A stretch of 62,305 nt of DNA, counting the filler, from Basidiobolus ranarum (taxonomy: Eukaryota), in NCBI GenBank assembly GCA_040143965.1. It is 8 parts of 8 records of this genome, joined end to end, with 100 filler letters (N's around TTAATTAATTAA, not from the genome) between each part and the next. Parts side by side here need not be neighbours in the genome. Positions count along the whole stretch, not along the records: positions 1 to 7,724 come from JASJQH010001075.1; positions 7,825 to 15,538 come from JASJQH010001076.1; 6 more parts are not named here. One strand, given 5' to 3'. Under the pieces are notes generated by a model. The model saw nothing but the letters and a program-made list of their open reading frames with translations, did no database searches and was not told the origin of the DNA. Shown one piece after another: positions 1 to 12,346 of this stretch (within the stretch, counting starts at the first letter, position 1; each line of letters begins with the position of its first letter). The position numbers and the translations under genes were made by a program.

Positions 1-204
1 GCCTCTTAAGCATGGGTGAAAATTTGAGATGATTTGGAGAAGTTTTGAGAAAATAGTGAAAATTGATAAACGTGATCTAATTGATATTTCTATCAATTAG
101 AGCAATAAACACACGTTTTTGAATGACAGAATTGAGTACTAAATAGTCAGAATATGAATAAACTAACTACTAAATAATGAGTTGCTATTTACCTAATTTC
201 AACA
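1..204 (-). repeat. Partial copia LTR (family A)
   Basis: Reverse complement of the repeat at 5448; ends in ...CCTAATTTCAACA, i.e. the TGTTG terminus on the minus strand. Confidence 0.75.
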
Positions 205-310
205 CTACCATGGATTGATAAGAAAACCCTGGCTTTAATTTGAGTCATTTTGGTGCATAATTGGATGCAAATTTGATCAAATTTACGTTGCGATAAATTG
301 GTGTTTCTAC

Positions 311-670
311 TGATCAAAGTGCTGAGGGGCTTGGAAGTGTTTTGGACAAGATTTAGATTTGTGAGTTAGAAACTTAGGTTTCATTGAATTGAACAAGTCC
401 TATTTATAGTTTACTATAAAAGAGGACAATTGGACATGCTTAGATGATAACAAACATGCCTGATAAGCATGTCTGAATTTTTGAGATGATTTGCACAATT
501 TTTGAGAAATTAGTGAAAATTGTTAAAAGTGATCTGATTGCTATATCTGTTAAAAAGACCAACAAACAGACATTTATAAATGGCAGAATTGAGTGCTAAA
601 TAATCAGAACATCAATAAACTAACTACTAAATAATGAGTGTTTATTTACATATTTTTAATATTTTGAACA
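311..670 (-). repeat. Copia LTR copy (family A)
   Basis: Homologous to 6840-7182 and 37892-38244. The intervening 205-310 resembles the copia RT segment at about 35506-35610. Confidence 0.7.
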
Positions 671-1244
671 TGTTCATTTATTCTTATAATGTGACAATTT
701 AGCTGAATTAGTTTGGCCTGGATTTTCTTCATATAAAGTAGTAGCATGCTTTTATCTTCATCTAATTTAGGTGAGTGACTTCAATAATCATATAGTTATG
801 GACTTGATTGTAGAGGTAGCCTAACACTCTGCTTCTGGAGTGGACAGGGCTTAAGCTGCTTTTATACTTCATTTCAGGTCTTGACAAGGCCAAGTTGAAT
901 TTAGAGTTTATTGCTGGTTATAAAATGCTGCACCAGTATGCACTTCATTTTTGATTGTACTTATCCTGTTATGTTGATTCTTTTGCTCTCCAGATTTGCC
1001 AGTGGTTCCTAATATATATGTTGAGATAATGAAGAAAACTTTTGTTTAGTTAATGTCCAGCATATTCATTTTCTCATTGGCTAATTCTTGGAATTTACCT
1101 AGTTTCCTATTATAACTTATATTTTTGCTCTCCACTGCTTGCCAATAGTATAAGCCTACCATCCAGTTCTATTAATAGTTAGTGGATCTTTATCAGTGGC
1201 ACTTTTTGTTGTGATAAGATCATATGTTTCTTCAAAGTAGAGTC

Positions 1245-4200
1245 TGTTGATATTAGGCCAGTAGCAACTCATTATTTAGTACTTAGTTTATTCGTATTCT
1301 GATTATATAGCACTCAGCTCTGCCATTCAAAAATGTGTGTTTATTGTTCTAATTGATACAAATATTAATGGGATCATTTTTCCAATTTTCACTATTTTCT
1401 CAAAACTTCTCCAAATCATCTTGAATTTTCACCTATGCTTCACAGGCATGTTAGTTATGATCTGAGCATGTCCAAAAGTTTTATTTCATAGTAAACAACA
1501 AATAGGAAATATTCAACTCAACAAAACTTAAGTGTCTAATTCACAAATCCAAATCTTGTTCAAAACACTTCCAAATCTCCTAGACACTTTTTTAAGAGTC
1601 ACTATTTTAAATTTCAGCTGCATTTGGTTTAAAGTTTTCTAACTAGTAGCCAGATGATGATCCATCAGCTCATTGCAGGAGAAGAAAAAGAGCCAAAGGG
1701 ACCATCAGAAGCCATCCTTGCCTTTCACAAGAACCAGAGGAAATCACTCTCTATGCTCTGTCTACATCTTAGAGACTCTGAATTAAGGCACCTAAAAGCA
1801 GCTAAAACTGTCTAAAATCCTTGAGCAACACTTAAGGGACTATATGAGATTAAATGTCTGGCTAATAGGCTTCAATAGGTGAAAATTATTCTCAATTAAG
1901 ATGAATTCTAATGATTCTATGCTTAATCATATAAGTTGGATAAAACCTATAGTAGATCAGCTCTCATCTATTGGAGCACCTCTAAATGAAGACAACATAG
2001 TCGCAACACTACTTTGGAGCCTGCCAGACAAGTTTGGGAATCTCATAATTGCCCTAGAATCAAGCTCAGAGCCATTAACAATGGAATGTTTTGGTGCTAG
2101 GCTTTTGATTGAGAAATTAAGGAGATCTAATTCTCAGCAAAATAGTGTAATCAGGCATTCTTGGAGCTGTAAAACTTTCAATAGGCTTCAGTGGTGCCCC
2201 TATTAGGGATCAATCCTCAGCAAGTATTGCAAGAAACCAGGTCATTGAATCATAGATTGCAGAAAAAGGACTTTTGCTAAAAAGCCAAGATCAGAACAAG
2301 AAAGTCAAGTAAGCACTGATAGGGATCAACTATTTGGGTCTGCCCCATCAGAAACAACTAAAGAAGACTCAAAAACATGGTACACTGATTCACGAGCTTC
2401 CAAGCATATGTCAAACAAGCAAGATTGGCTTTCCAATTAAAACCAATTGATACAAAGAAAATCTACTTAGATGATGACTATGCACTAGATGCACTTGATA
2501 AGTTCACAGTTTTGCTCAATTTAGACCCAAGCTCAGCTACACCATCTTCAAAATTGCATAATGTATTCTATGCATCAAATATACCCAAGAATCTACTCTC
2601 AGCAAGACCAGCAACAGCTCAAGGACTAAATTCTGAGTTCAGCAAGACTGGATACACTACCATATATCAGAATAACACCAAATCACCTACTATGATCAAA
2701 ACTTAAAGCTTTTACAAGCTAGAAATTCACAATGGCATTCTGGGCAAGCAATCCTGGCCAAAACTGGTGAAATAAGCTGCCAAATGTGTCATAAAAGATT
2801 AGGCCACATTGGGGAACTAAAACTGACCCAAATGATACAAAATCAGCTTGTTTCAGGCTTAAAAACTTAAATTTTAACTAAATTGGATCTCTGCTAATGT
2901 TGCATATATGGATAACATCATAGACAGCCATTTTCAAACTCTGGAGGGATCAAATCCACTCAGAATCTTGCCCTGATGCACTGTGACCTATGTGGGCCCA
3001 TGAAAAGATCTCACCAAGTGGAAAAAGGTACTCTATGACCATTATTGATGACAAAACAAGACATACTTGGGTGTTCTTTCTTAAATCAAAATCATAAGCC
3101 TTAGCTACATTCAAGCATTGCACAGCAGCGGTAGAGAATGAATTGGCACAAAAATAAGGTTACCAAGGAGTGATAATGGTATAGAATACTGCTCTAAAGA
3201 CTTTACTAGCTTTTGTTCTGAACATGGAATCAAGCAACAAACCACTGTACCTCAGACCCACAGCAAAATGGAGTTGCTCAATATGCTAATAGAGCCATAG
3301 TGGAGATGGCAAGATCAATGTTGCATGATCCAAAGTTAAATTACAAATATTGGGCTGAATCTGTCTCCACTCCAGTCTATATCAAAAACAGATGCCCAAC
3401 AAGGTTGCTACAAAATCCTACTCTGTTTGAAGCTCTATAGGATGAAAACCAACTGTGGATCATCTCAGGATCTTTGGTTGCACATTATATTGGCTAATTC
3501 CAGCTCAAAAATGCTCCAAATTGTAGCCTAGAAGCTGAAAATGCTTATTTCTTGGTTACTGTGATGGATCTAAGGAATACAAGCTGTTTGATACCAAAAA
3601 TCAGAAGTTAATTTTATGCAGAGATGTGATTTAGGAAGCAAAAGCAAATTTATTACCTCAAATCACAGATCTGGATCCACACAACACAAGCAGAACTATT
3701 CAGGAAGTGTCTGACAGTATTTCAGCTTTATCTGAGCTCTATTCAACGAAAATTACAGTCCCAATTAAATCAGAGGCTGATTCAGGACTCAAAAAATTAT
3801 CCAAAAGGAGAAAAAAGCCAGAAAACTGGTAGAACACTTCTAATGATGATGTATAAGCATATGCAGTATTCAATGATGGGCCTCAGACTCTAAATCATGC
3901 TCTGAAGTGTGCAGAATTAAATTTATGTGAAAAAGCAATGATGGATCAGTTTTCATCACTTAAGGACAATAAAAGGTGGGTTTTAAGTCCATTACCATCA
4001 GGGAGAAAGCCAATAGGCTGCAATTAGGTCTACAAAGTCAAAAACCTAGCTGATAGAATCATACAGAGATAAAAAGCAAGATTAGTTGTAAAAGGCTATT
4101 CCTAGACTCCAGGAGCTGATTTAACAGAACTTTTGCTCCAGTAGCTAAGTTTAGCTCAATCCAATCAATCCTGGGGCTCTCAGTTGTCCATTACCATGAT

Positions 4201-5876
4201 TTACGGCAAAGGGATGTAAAAACAGCCTATCTGACGGGAAAAGCAGAATCATAGATCTATATGGTGCAATGGGATGGATTTGTTGAGCCAAACATCCTGA
4301 TATGGTCTGTGACTGCAAAAATTGCCATATGGACTCAAGCAAGCATCCAGGCCATGGGCAACAAGATATATATATAATTCAAATCACCTGAATTTCAAAA
4401 TTGCACCGCAGATCACAGTATCTACATCAAACAACTGTATAGGATCCTTATCTTGGCACTTTATGTGGATGACTTGATCATAGCCACAAATAATCTAGAA
4501 GTACTTAATTAGATAAAAAGTTGCCTAGCAAGCCAATTTCAGATGACTCACAGGGGTGAATTAAGTTATAATCTTTGAATCCAAATCAAGAGAGAAGCAT
4601 CCAATCAGAAAATCATGATGATCACTCTAGACATACCCTATACATCCCAAAATGCTTCAACATAGAGAATAGCAAGACTCTGTCAACACCAATGAATTCC
4701 AATGTGAAGTTAATCACAATTTCATCCCATTTGGCACAAAATGACTCAAATCAAAGCCAGGAGTTTCCTAATCAATCCTTGGTGGCTAGTTTAATGTATG
4801 CAATAGTTGAATCTTGTCCAGATATTGCTATGTAGTGGGACCAGTCAGCCAATATTTCCAAAATCCAGGATCTGATCACAAAGCTGCAGTAAAACAAATA
4901 TTCCAGTATTTGAGTGAAATGTTAGATCTAGTTCTAGAATACTCTGCTACTGCTGACAAACTTATTTTTCAAGCAGACAGTGATGCAGACTGGGGAAGAT
5001 ATGTTAATGATAGAAGATCAACAATTAGGTACACTTTTAAAAAATGGAGCCTTAACTTGAAATAGTTAGCAGCAACCAACCATAGCACTTCCCACTACAT
5101 AAGCAGAGTATATGGCTGCAACTGCAGCTACACAAGAAGCTATTTGGTTAAAGAAGTTATTTACACACTTAGTATATATGCAAAAATGTGCTATTATTGT
5201 AGTTGATGATAATCAAAGATGTATTTTGCTAGCTAAGAACCTACATTTCATGCTAGAATAAAACAAGTAGATATTAGGCATTATTTTGTCAGAGAAGCAA
5301 AAGAGAATGATTTGATTGAACTTATCTATGCCCTACTGAATAAATGATTGCTGACACAATAACCAAACCTTTAGCTGAAGTTCAAGCTTAATTATCAAGA
5401 TATACGTCAGGTTTAGGTGAAATACAAAATAATTAAGTGAGTGGAAATGTTGAAATTTGGTAAATAGCAAGTCAATATTTAGTAGTTAGTGTATTCATAT
5501 TCTGATTACTTAGCACTCATTTCTGCCATTCAAAAATATGTTTTTATTGCTCTAATTGATATTTCTATCAGTCAGCTAACTTTTACCAATTTTCACTAAT
5601 TTCTCAAAACTTCTCCAAATCACCTCAAATTTTCACCCATGCTTAACAAGCATGTTTGAAATGATCAAAGCATGTTCAATAGTTCTATTCCATAGTAAAG
5701 TATAAATAGGTTGTATTCAATTCAACAAAATCAAGTGACTAATTTACAAATCCAAATCTCTTCCAAAACAGTTCCAAATCTCCTAAACACTTTCCTCAGA
5801 GCCATTACTTTAAGTTTCTGCTGCAATTTGTTAAAAGTTTTCTAGTTAGTAGCCAGATGATGATTCATCTTCTCAA
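1245..5876 (+). mobile_element. Degenerate near-full-length Ty1/copia LTR retrotransposon
   Basis: Direct repeats at about 1245-1672 and 5448-5876, both starting TGTTG. Gag fragment (IVATLLWSLPDKF, CCHC remnant), protease remnant (WYTDSRASKHM), integrase (DLCGP, QNGVA), RT (LYVDDL) and RNase H (DSDADW, IRHYFVRE) lie in copia order. Purine-rich tract before 5448; many stops and frameshifts. Confidence 0.9.
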
Positions 5877-6839
5877 CTAACTGAGTAAGCTTAGTGTGAA
5901 CAGAGCATTCCCTGTCAGTTGAAATATATAGTTCTATCCACAGTCAGTTCACCACTACACTACCATTTGCATAGAACTATTCATCAACCCTCTGCCAATA
6001 CATCAAAACCAACCAAAAGTAATAAGACAAAAAGATAAAGTCTTTAGTATAGAGGGTATCCCCCACCATTTGAAATCAAAAGATCTATTGTCAAAAGCAT
6101 TCCATTACTCCACTGTCATTATGATATTACTATTTGTTCACTCTCTACCATCCCAAACACTCAATTACTTTGATTAACTGCATGTACCTTTTACTTAAGA
6201 AGAATGGTAAATCAATTTCATCACTTTTAGTCATTTCATTATTTTCTTACCACTTATTCAAACCTGCTCAAATGAAAAGGTATTCTTTGCAGGGTTGCTT
6301 ATAAGGAGTTTGACCAAGGAAACACTATCTGGAATCACTCCAATTGCAGTTATAGCACATTTGTGCATGGAACCAACATTTGTAAACAACTTCTTTGACA
6401 TGTTACCATCATTAGGTTTTCAAATCTAACCGCCATGGACTGATATGATAGCTCTTGGCATTAGTCTTGTTTAATTTGAGCCAAGTCTCACAATATTTTG
6501 ATTAATATGATATTGTGATCCATTGGGTTTGATTCACCCTTGCTTTATACATTGTTAGGGAAATTCTGGATATTTTCCACATAGATAGCTATATATAGTA
6601 TGTTTTTGAGATTAGGTTTACTTCCTGACTTATACTACAAGAAGTAACTTAATTTAACAGAAGTACAGTGGTTCTGAACAGATTTGCATCTGCTTATGTC
6701 ATGCCCTTCACTCATGCTTTAAGCCTTAGAGCAACTTTAGTGTTCACAAGCCATACAAGTCTAATCTGATCAAAGTATCCATCTAATTGGGTTACATAGA
6801 CTAATTATAATTCTTTAGAGCCAAGAATTATAGAAGATT

Positions 6840-7567
6840 TGATTAAAGTGTTCAAGGGGCTTGGAAGTATTTTGGACAAGATTTGGATTTGTGAATTGGC
6901 CACTTAAGTTTTATTGAATTGAATATGTCCTATTCATAGTTGACTATGAAATAAAACTTTTGGACAGGCTTAGATCATATCAAACATGCCTGTTAAGCAT
7001 GGATGAAAAGTTGAAGTGATTTGGAGAAGTTTGGAGAAAAAAGTGAAAATTGGTAAGTGATCTAATTTCTATCAATAAGCATAATAAACACATGCTTTTG
7101 AATGGCAAAACTGATTGCTAAATAATCAGAATATGAATAAAGTAAGTACTGAGTAATGATTTGCTATTACCTAATCTCAACAGTCCCACTCAGCTAATTA
7201 TTTTGTATTTTTCTTAAACCCAACTTATATCTTAATGATTCAAATTGTGCTTTAGCTATAGGTTTGGTCAAGATGTCAGCAATCATTTCTTTAGCAGGGC
7301 AATAGACAAGTTCAATTATGTTGTTCTCTATTGCTTCCCTAACAAAATGATGCCTAATATCTATCTGCTTTGTTCTGGCATGAAATGTAGGGTTTTTATC
7401 ACACAAACTACAACTTTGATTATTTTCAAATATAGTGATAGCATGCTTTTGCCTGTATCCAAAGCCTGTGAATAACTTCCTTTTCAATATGGCTACTTGT
7501 GTAGTACCAGAGGCGGCTGTATCTGTGGCTTTTATAGTGGAAAGTGCTATTGTTGGTTGCTTCTTAC
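6840..7567 (-). mobile_element. 3' end of a second copia element (RNase H fragment plus 3' LTR at 6840-7182)
   Basis: ORF 7194-7487 has KNPTFHARTKQIDIRHHFVRE...EMIADILTKP; followed on the minus strand by GAGTGGGAC-TGTTG and the LTR. Confidence 0.85.
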
Positions 7568-7568
7568 T

Positions 7569-7724
7569 AGACTCATTCCATTTTATTGAGCCAGATCAGG
7601 CCGGCTAAAAAGTGTGCCGGCACAAATTGGCATGATTGGGCACTATCCGGCAAAATGTTATTTACCATGTTGGAAACAGTTTATTTTACTTATGTGGTAT
7701 GGTTAAGAAAAGTACATTTAGACA
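7569..7724. repeat. Interspersed repeat at contig end; probable transposon terminus
   Basis: Highly similar to 38777-38951; both begin TAGACT and run into a contig break. Confidence 0.7.
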
Positions 7725-7824
7725 NNNNNNNNNNNNNNNNNNNNNNNNNNNNNNNNNNNNNNNNNNNNTTAATTAATTAANNNNNNNNNNNNNNNNNNNN
7801 NNNNNNNNNNNNNNNNNNNNNNNN
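7725..7824. other. Artificial contig linker (44N-TTAATTAATTAA-44N)
   Basis: Identical 100-nt spacer with stops in all six frames; recurs seven times in the window. Confidence 0.98.
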
Positions 7825-8146
7825 AAGGTCACCTGATCATCCTTACATCATCTCTCTTTGTATTGGTCCTTGTAGTCCCCAACACCCCAACACTTGAACT
7901 TGCCACATTATATTCCCTATTCAGTATATTATGTTTCACTCTGCAATATCTATATAAGCCCCATGTATTCCTTGATCAGACCTCAGTCTGATCAACACCA
8001 GTTATCAATAAAGATTCTTGCCAAAGTATCTTCCTTGACCAGTCTTGTCTTGTCTTGTCTTGTCTTGTGGTCTACACCCAAGTACTCTCCTGCCTTCTAG
8101 CCTCTTGTTGTTGTTTCCAGTCCTTGTCCAGTTCCTTATTGTGACA
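7825..8146 (+). repeat. LTR-like repeat family C (ends ...GTTCCTTATTGTGACA), with a (TCTTG)n tract
   Basis: Same 3' end at about 27439-27565 and 31253-31364, with a short trace ending at 58456; the sharp CA terminus is typical of an LTR. Confidence 0.65.
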
Positions 8147-8249
8147 GAAGGTAGTTTTCTGGCCCTAACAGTTTTCTGCAATTTGATAAGGATTCACTCC
8201 AGGTCATCCAAAATTCACATTCATAGGGCTTATGGAAGCTTGAACATGA

Positions 8250-8560
8250 CCACTTCCACAAAGCAGGTTATAGAGAGAACTAATTAATGATACATTTTGC
8301 CATGCTGTTGGGCTATGATGGGTGCTGGGCAATGTGAAAATTGCAATACATGCTCATTGCAAATGAGTAACATTTGGGTTCATTACTGATTTTTGTCACA
8401 ACAGCAAAATTCCAATTTGTCATGAGTTTAAGGCAATTTGGTTAATCCATGTACAGGATTTTCCTGGATGGATACAGCTACTTACTAGAGCCACTAGTAG
8501 ATGTGTGCTATGCTCATGGGTTATTATGGATGAAGAGCAATGCAAATGAGGGCCTCATAT
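8250..8560 (+). pseudogene. Possible pogo/Fot1-type DDE transposase remnant
   Basis: RIFLDGYSY..LVDVCYAHGL loosely matches the RLLILDGHxSH...C motif of DDE_1 transposases; heavily decayed. Confidence 0.3.
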
Positions 8561-9792
8561 ACTCATCAAGAATGAGTAGAACTTAAGCTTAACTTATATT
8601 ACCTTCATAGTTGCAAATTACAATTAATCCTCACTTTATAGCAATGAGATCAATGTATGTTATTAGTCCCTTATATTGTAGTTTCAGTCTCACATATTGG
8701 CATACAACATTATATGAATAAGCCATCTGTACAGATGGAATATTTCTGTTGTTAATAGTAGACATTATGAAACCTAAATAACAGTGTATCCAAAATATGC
8801 AAGCCAATGGCCAACTACTTATTGCAAAAAAGGCCATATCCAGGATGAGGATTGTGGAATCAGGATTGAATTGCTATTAATAAATTTCCTTCAAAACTAC
8901 AATTGGAATCTCATAGGAATGCCATTGAATAATCCATACACAAGCAGCCAAAATCCAAGTTGATGGCATTATTCCGGCTCTCAGATGGTTTTCCACCAAT
9001 TCTAACAGGATCCAATCTGGGTCATCCAAAATTATTGAGCAGAAGTCACTTGGATTATATGTAAGCTCATATAAGTTCTGATCCTTTTCTCCCCAAGCTA
9101 TATACTTCTCATTTTGATCAGTGATGATGCATCCTGACTGATCAGAATTGAATCTTAGTCCTTCTTGTCTAAAGAATAGAAGAATAGTTCTTCATTACAA
9201 ATATAAGGTAATAGAATAATTTAAAAATACTGAGGTACATCCTGAGACTTCAGAATCATTATATGATTATATAAAAAATTTAACAAATTCAAGGAATATG
9301 CACATCTGTGCAATCACATATCTCTAACGCAACAGTTAATATTAAGAGTATCTACAGCAATAAGGGGTTGGTCTTGACTAGGAATTCATTTCTTTATGGT
9401 TGAAACGGATAATGCTATTACAAAATGCTTGACTAAGCAACTGCAACGCTTCATATAAGAACATAACTTCGACGTGACTCTTAAAACGCAGCCCCTGTAG
9501 ATAAATAAACTATAGTTTGTGCGATTTTACAAACGCCAAAGTGACCTGGCCAGTCACAAAGTGAATCCATCTGATATACGAATCGCTAGAATACCGAGCT
9601 CATTTTAGTATCAATTCTCGATTTGAAACCAATAATAAAACATCGCGACTTGCATTGCATTTTGAAGGACTGCTTCATTCCTGCATTTTTATCACAGTAA
9701 AGAAACTACATATTTCTCAGCCCACTCCTCTACCATTTTACAAACTTGTCTGGTTGCTCTTTGTCCTTTCCAAAATTGATTTCACGTTAAAG

Positions 9793-11823
9793 ATGTCACA
9801 GCCTCACTTATCAAGAGAGCTAATTCCACTCATACTTGTATATCTTGTACACGAAAAAAATACGCTCCATTCCTTGCTCACAGTGAACAAGTTGTTTTTC
9901 AGCGCAGCTGCACCGATTTTGTACAAGAATCCTTTCCGTTCCTGCTTTTGGCGTAAACAATCGGAAACCAAAAAGCGAGAGATTCTTTACCTTCTCTTAG
10001 CCTCAGCTAACCTTCTACCTGAACTAGAAAAATGCACAACAAAAATACTGAGACGGGACTTTACAGATTGGGAGCCTCCAACTGCCCCGTTTACAGTGAA
10101 TTACCTAGATTACTACACCGAGGTTGATTACTCTGAGTGGAAGGGTATTTCCACGGAATATCTTTCTTACATTGTAAGTAACTCCAGTGAAGACTTTGGG
10201 TTTGGCCATATCATCAACCACTTGTTTTGCAAATACAATGCAGAAAAGATCAAGAGTATTTGTTTACCAATATTGGATATGAAACCTTACTTACCAATAG
10301 CTTCGAAAATGTCTACTTTGCGAAGAATTGAATTTTGCAGGGTTCATGGAGATGGTGTCTGTGGCACCAACGATGAAAATATCGTGACAATACAAGATGC
10401 AATCGAGTTTGTCCAGATTCATGTTGCCACTTTCGGCAGCACCTTAACTGAGATCAAAATCCCAGATTTTAGTGACTTGGGGCATGATGGAATTCAGTCG
10501 GATATACAAACAGAAGATATAATAAATATCCTCAAACGACCTCAAGTAATTGACGCCCATGATTCTTATAATTTTTGCCAGCATCTTCAAGGCTCTACTC
10601 CTGATAATCTCCGGGTCTTTGGAGGCCCACTTATGTATCCCGCTCGACAAATCCAAGATTGGGACTCGGCATCTTTATTCCAGCGCTGTCCCAAATTGGA
10701 AAAAATCCGATTTAATCCGTCCCAGGCAAATAGCTTTAGATGGGCAGCAGAGAAGCGTGCCATACTCATGGATTCTGGTTCTGAATCTAATAATGTGTTA
10801 GATGACAAATTGGCTCCTCTGCAAGATGTCGACATGATGTGTAAGCATTGCCCCGCTCTTCCCATTGTGCAGGATATTGTGTATGCTTTCAGGTATACGA
10901 TCAAGAATATCACTGCGGTAGATAATCATCACAGTAGGCTCGACCCTGACCCACTCTGTTGGGATTGGTTGCTACCTAACCTTGTGAAGATCCATATCAG
11001 GGAAGCTGACCTATCTTTGTTTGACTTTGGATCACTCAACATGTGCCCATCTTTGGAAGAACTTCACTTAACGGACAAGTATGCCTATCGTAGTAGTAGC
11101 ACCGTAACTGAATTCGGCCCAGTACTTATGCTACCAAACCTTCGAAAAATTCGATTGGAGTTCGGAATGTCTGCTAAATTTGATTTTGGCTCTCTTCAAT
11201 ACTCACCGTTACTAGAATCACTCATACTTCATGAGACAGGCTCATCTCTTCCATTGCGGTCAGCGGATTCACCTTGCTGGACTTGGTCCTGGGACTGGGA
11301 CTTGCCAAATTTGAAGGAATTATATTTGTCTGGCGAAGCAGCAGTCCTCTTTCAATTCCGCTTACTGGATTCATGCCCACCACTGGAGCGTCTCCGATTG
11401 AGTATCGAAGGATTCCATCGATCATTATCCTTAGATGAGATACCTCAAACTGACTTATCTTTGCCACTTGGTCCCGCAGATCAAGCGGGATTAAGAGATA
11501 TACCTAATTGTAAGTCACTCTTCTTCCTCAATGGAGGGTGGGAACTCTCCGGGAAGACTTTATCTGCTATCTTACAGCGATACATGCCTCATGTAACGGA
11601 AATTCAACTTACTGACACTCTGGAATTAACTGTTGCTGATGTCATAAATGTAACCCAAAAACTGAACCATGTTCAGTATGTATACTCTACATTATGTTTG
11701 ACAGATACTGATATCGAACAAAGTGGAATGCATGTGAAGGACTCTGGTCGACCTAGTACAGGGTGGAGATGCATGGGCACCATCGACTCTGTGACATACC
11801 ATATGGTTCAAATACCAAATTGA
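9793..11823 (+). CDS. F-box-like / RNI-type leucine-rich repeat protein, paralog 1 (676 aa, intronless)
   Basis: N-terminal LSRELIPLILVYL..TLHSLLTVNKLF..ILYKNPF F-box-like motif and LPNL/CPSLEEL-type LRR units; first true ATG at 9793 aligns with the paralog start. Confidence 0.75.
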   Translation: MSQPHLSRELIPLILVYLVHEKNTLHSLLTVNKLFFSAAAPILYKNPFRSCFWRKQSETKKREILYLLLASANLLPELEKCTTKILRRDFTDWEPPTAPFTVNYLDYYTEVDYSEWKGISTEYLSYIVSNSSEDFGFGHIINHLFCKYNAEKIKSICLPILDMKPYLPIASKMSTLRRIEFCRVHGDGVCGTNDENIVTIQDAIEFVQIHVATFGSTLTEIKIPDFSDLGHDGIQSDIQTEDIINILKRPQVIDAHDSYNFCQHLQGSTPDNLRVFGGPLMYPARQIQDWDSASLFQRCPKLEKIRFNPSQANSFRWAAEKRAILMDSGSESNNVLDDKLAPLQDVDMMCKHCPALPIVQDIVYAFRYTIKNITAVDNHHSRLDPDPLCWDWLLPNLVKIHIREADLSLFDFGSLNMCPSLEELHLTDKYAYRSSSTVTEFGPVLMLPNLRKIRLEFGMSAKFDFGSLQYSPLLESLILHETGSSLPLRSADSPCWTWSWDWDLPNLKELYLSGEAAVLFQFRLLDSCPPLERLRLSIEGFHRSLSLDEIPQTDLSLPLGPADQAGLRDIPNCKSLFFLNGGWELSGKTLSAILQRYMPHVTEIQLTDTLELTVADVINVTQKLNHVQYVYSTLCLTDTDIEQSGMHVKDSGRPSTGWRCMGTIDSVTYHMVQIPN

Positions 11824-12346
11824 ACATGGACAAGATTTTCTGTATGTATCTAAAATATATAACTAGTGGCAGTTATGTTTCCTACAGAAGTCCAGAGAAC
11901 GCAACAGAAAGTATAGAGGTATTTTATCAATATATAACCATCGTTAGTACGTCCAATTTGGATTATGGTGTAACATATGCGCACCAGATCTAACTACTTG
12001 TAGCTAGTATAGGCTCCTAGTATACAGATTTTCATTCATAAACTTTAGTATATAGAATAATTTAAAATAAAGAGAAGTAATATAAAAATACTGAGCTATT
12101 TGATTTTCCATAGCTACTTCGGCTATGCAGCCTTAAAGACGCATCTGCATCAGCTATGGAGATAAATTCATGTGATTGTTATGAATTGGAGTATCAAGTT
12201 AATTTTAGTACATCTGAAACTAATATTTTAGAAACGTAGATGACTGTATTCAGTTTTGAAGTATGTTCTACATCATATACTAATTCTCTTCTGGCTTAAT
12301 TATATTCGTATGGTTCCTCATTCTCTCCGAAGTTGAGTTTACCTAA

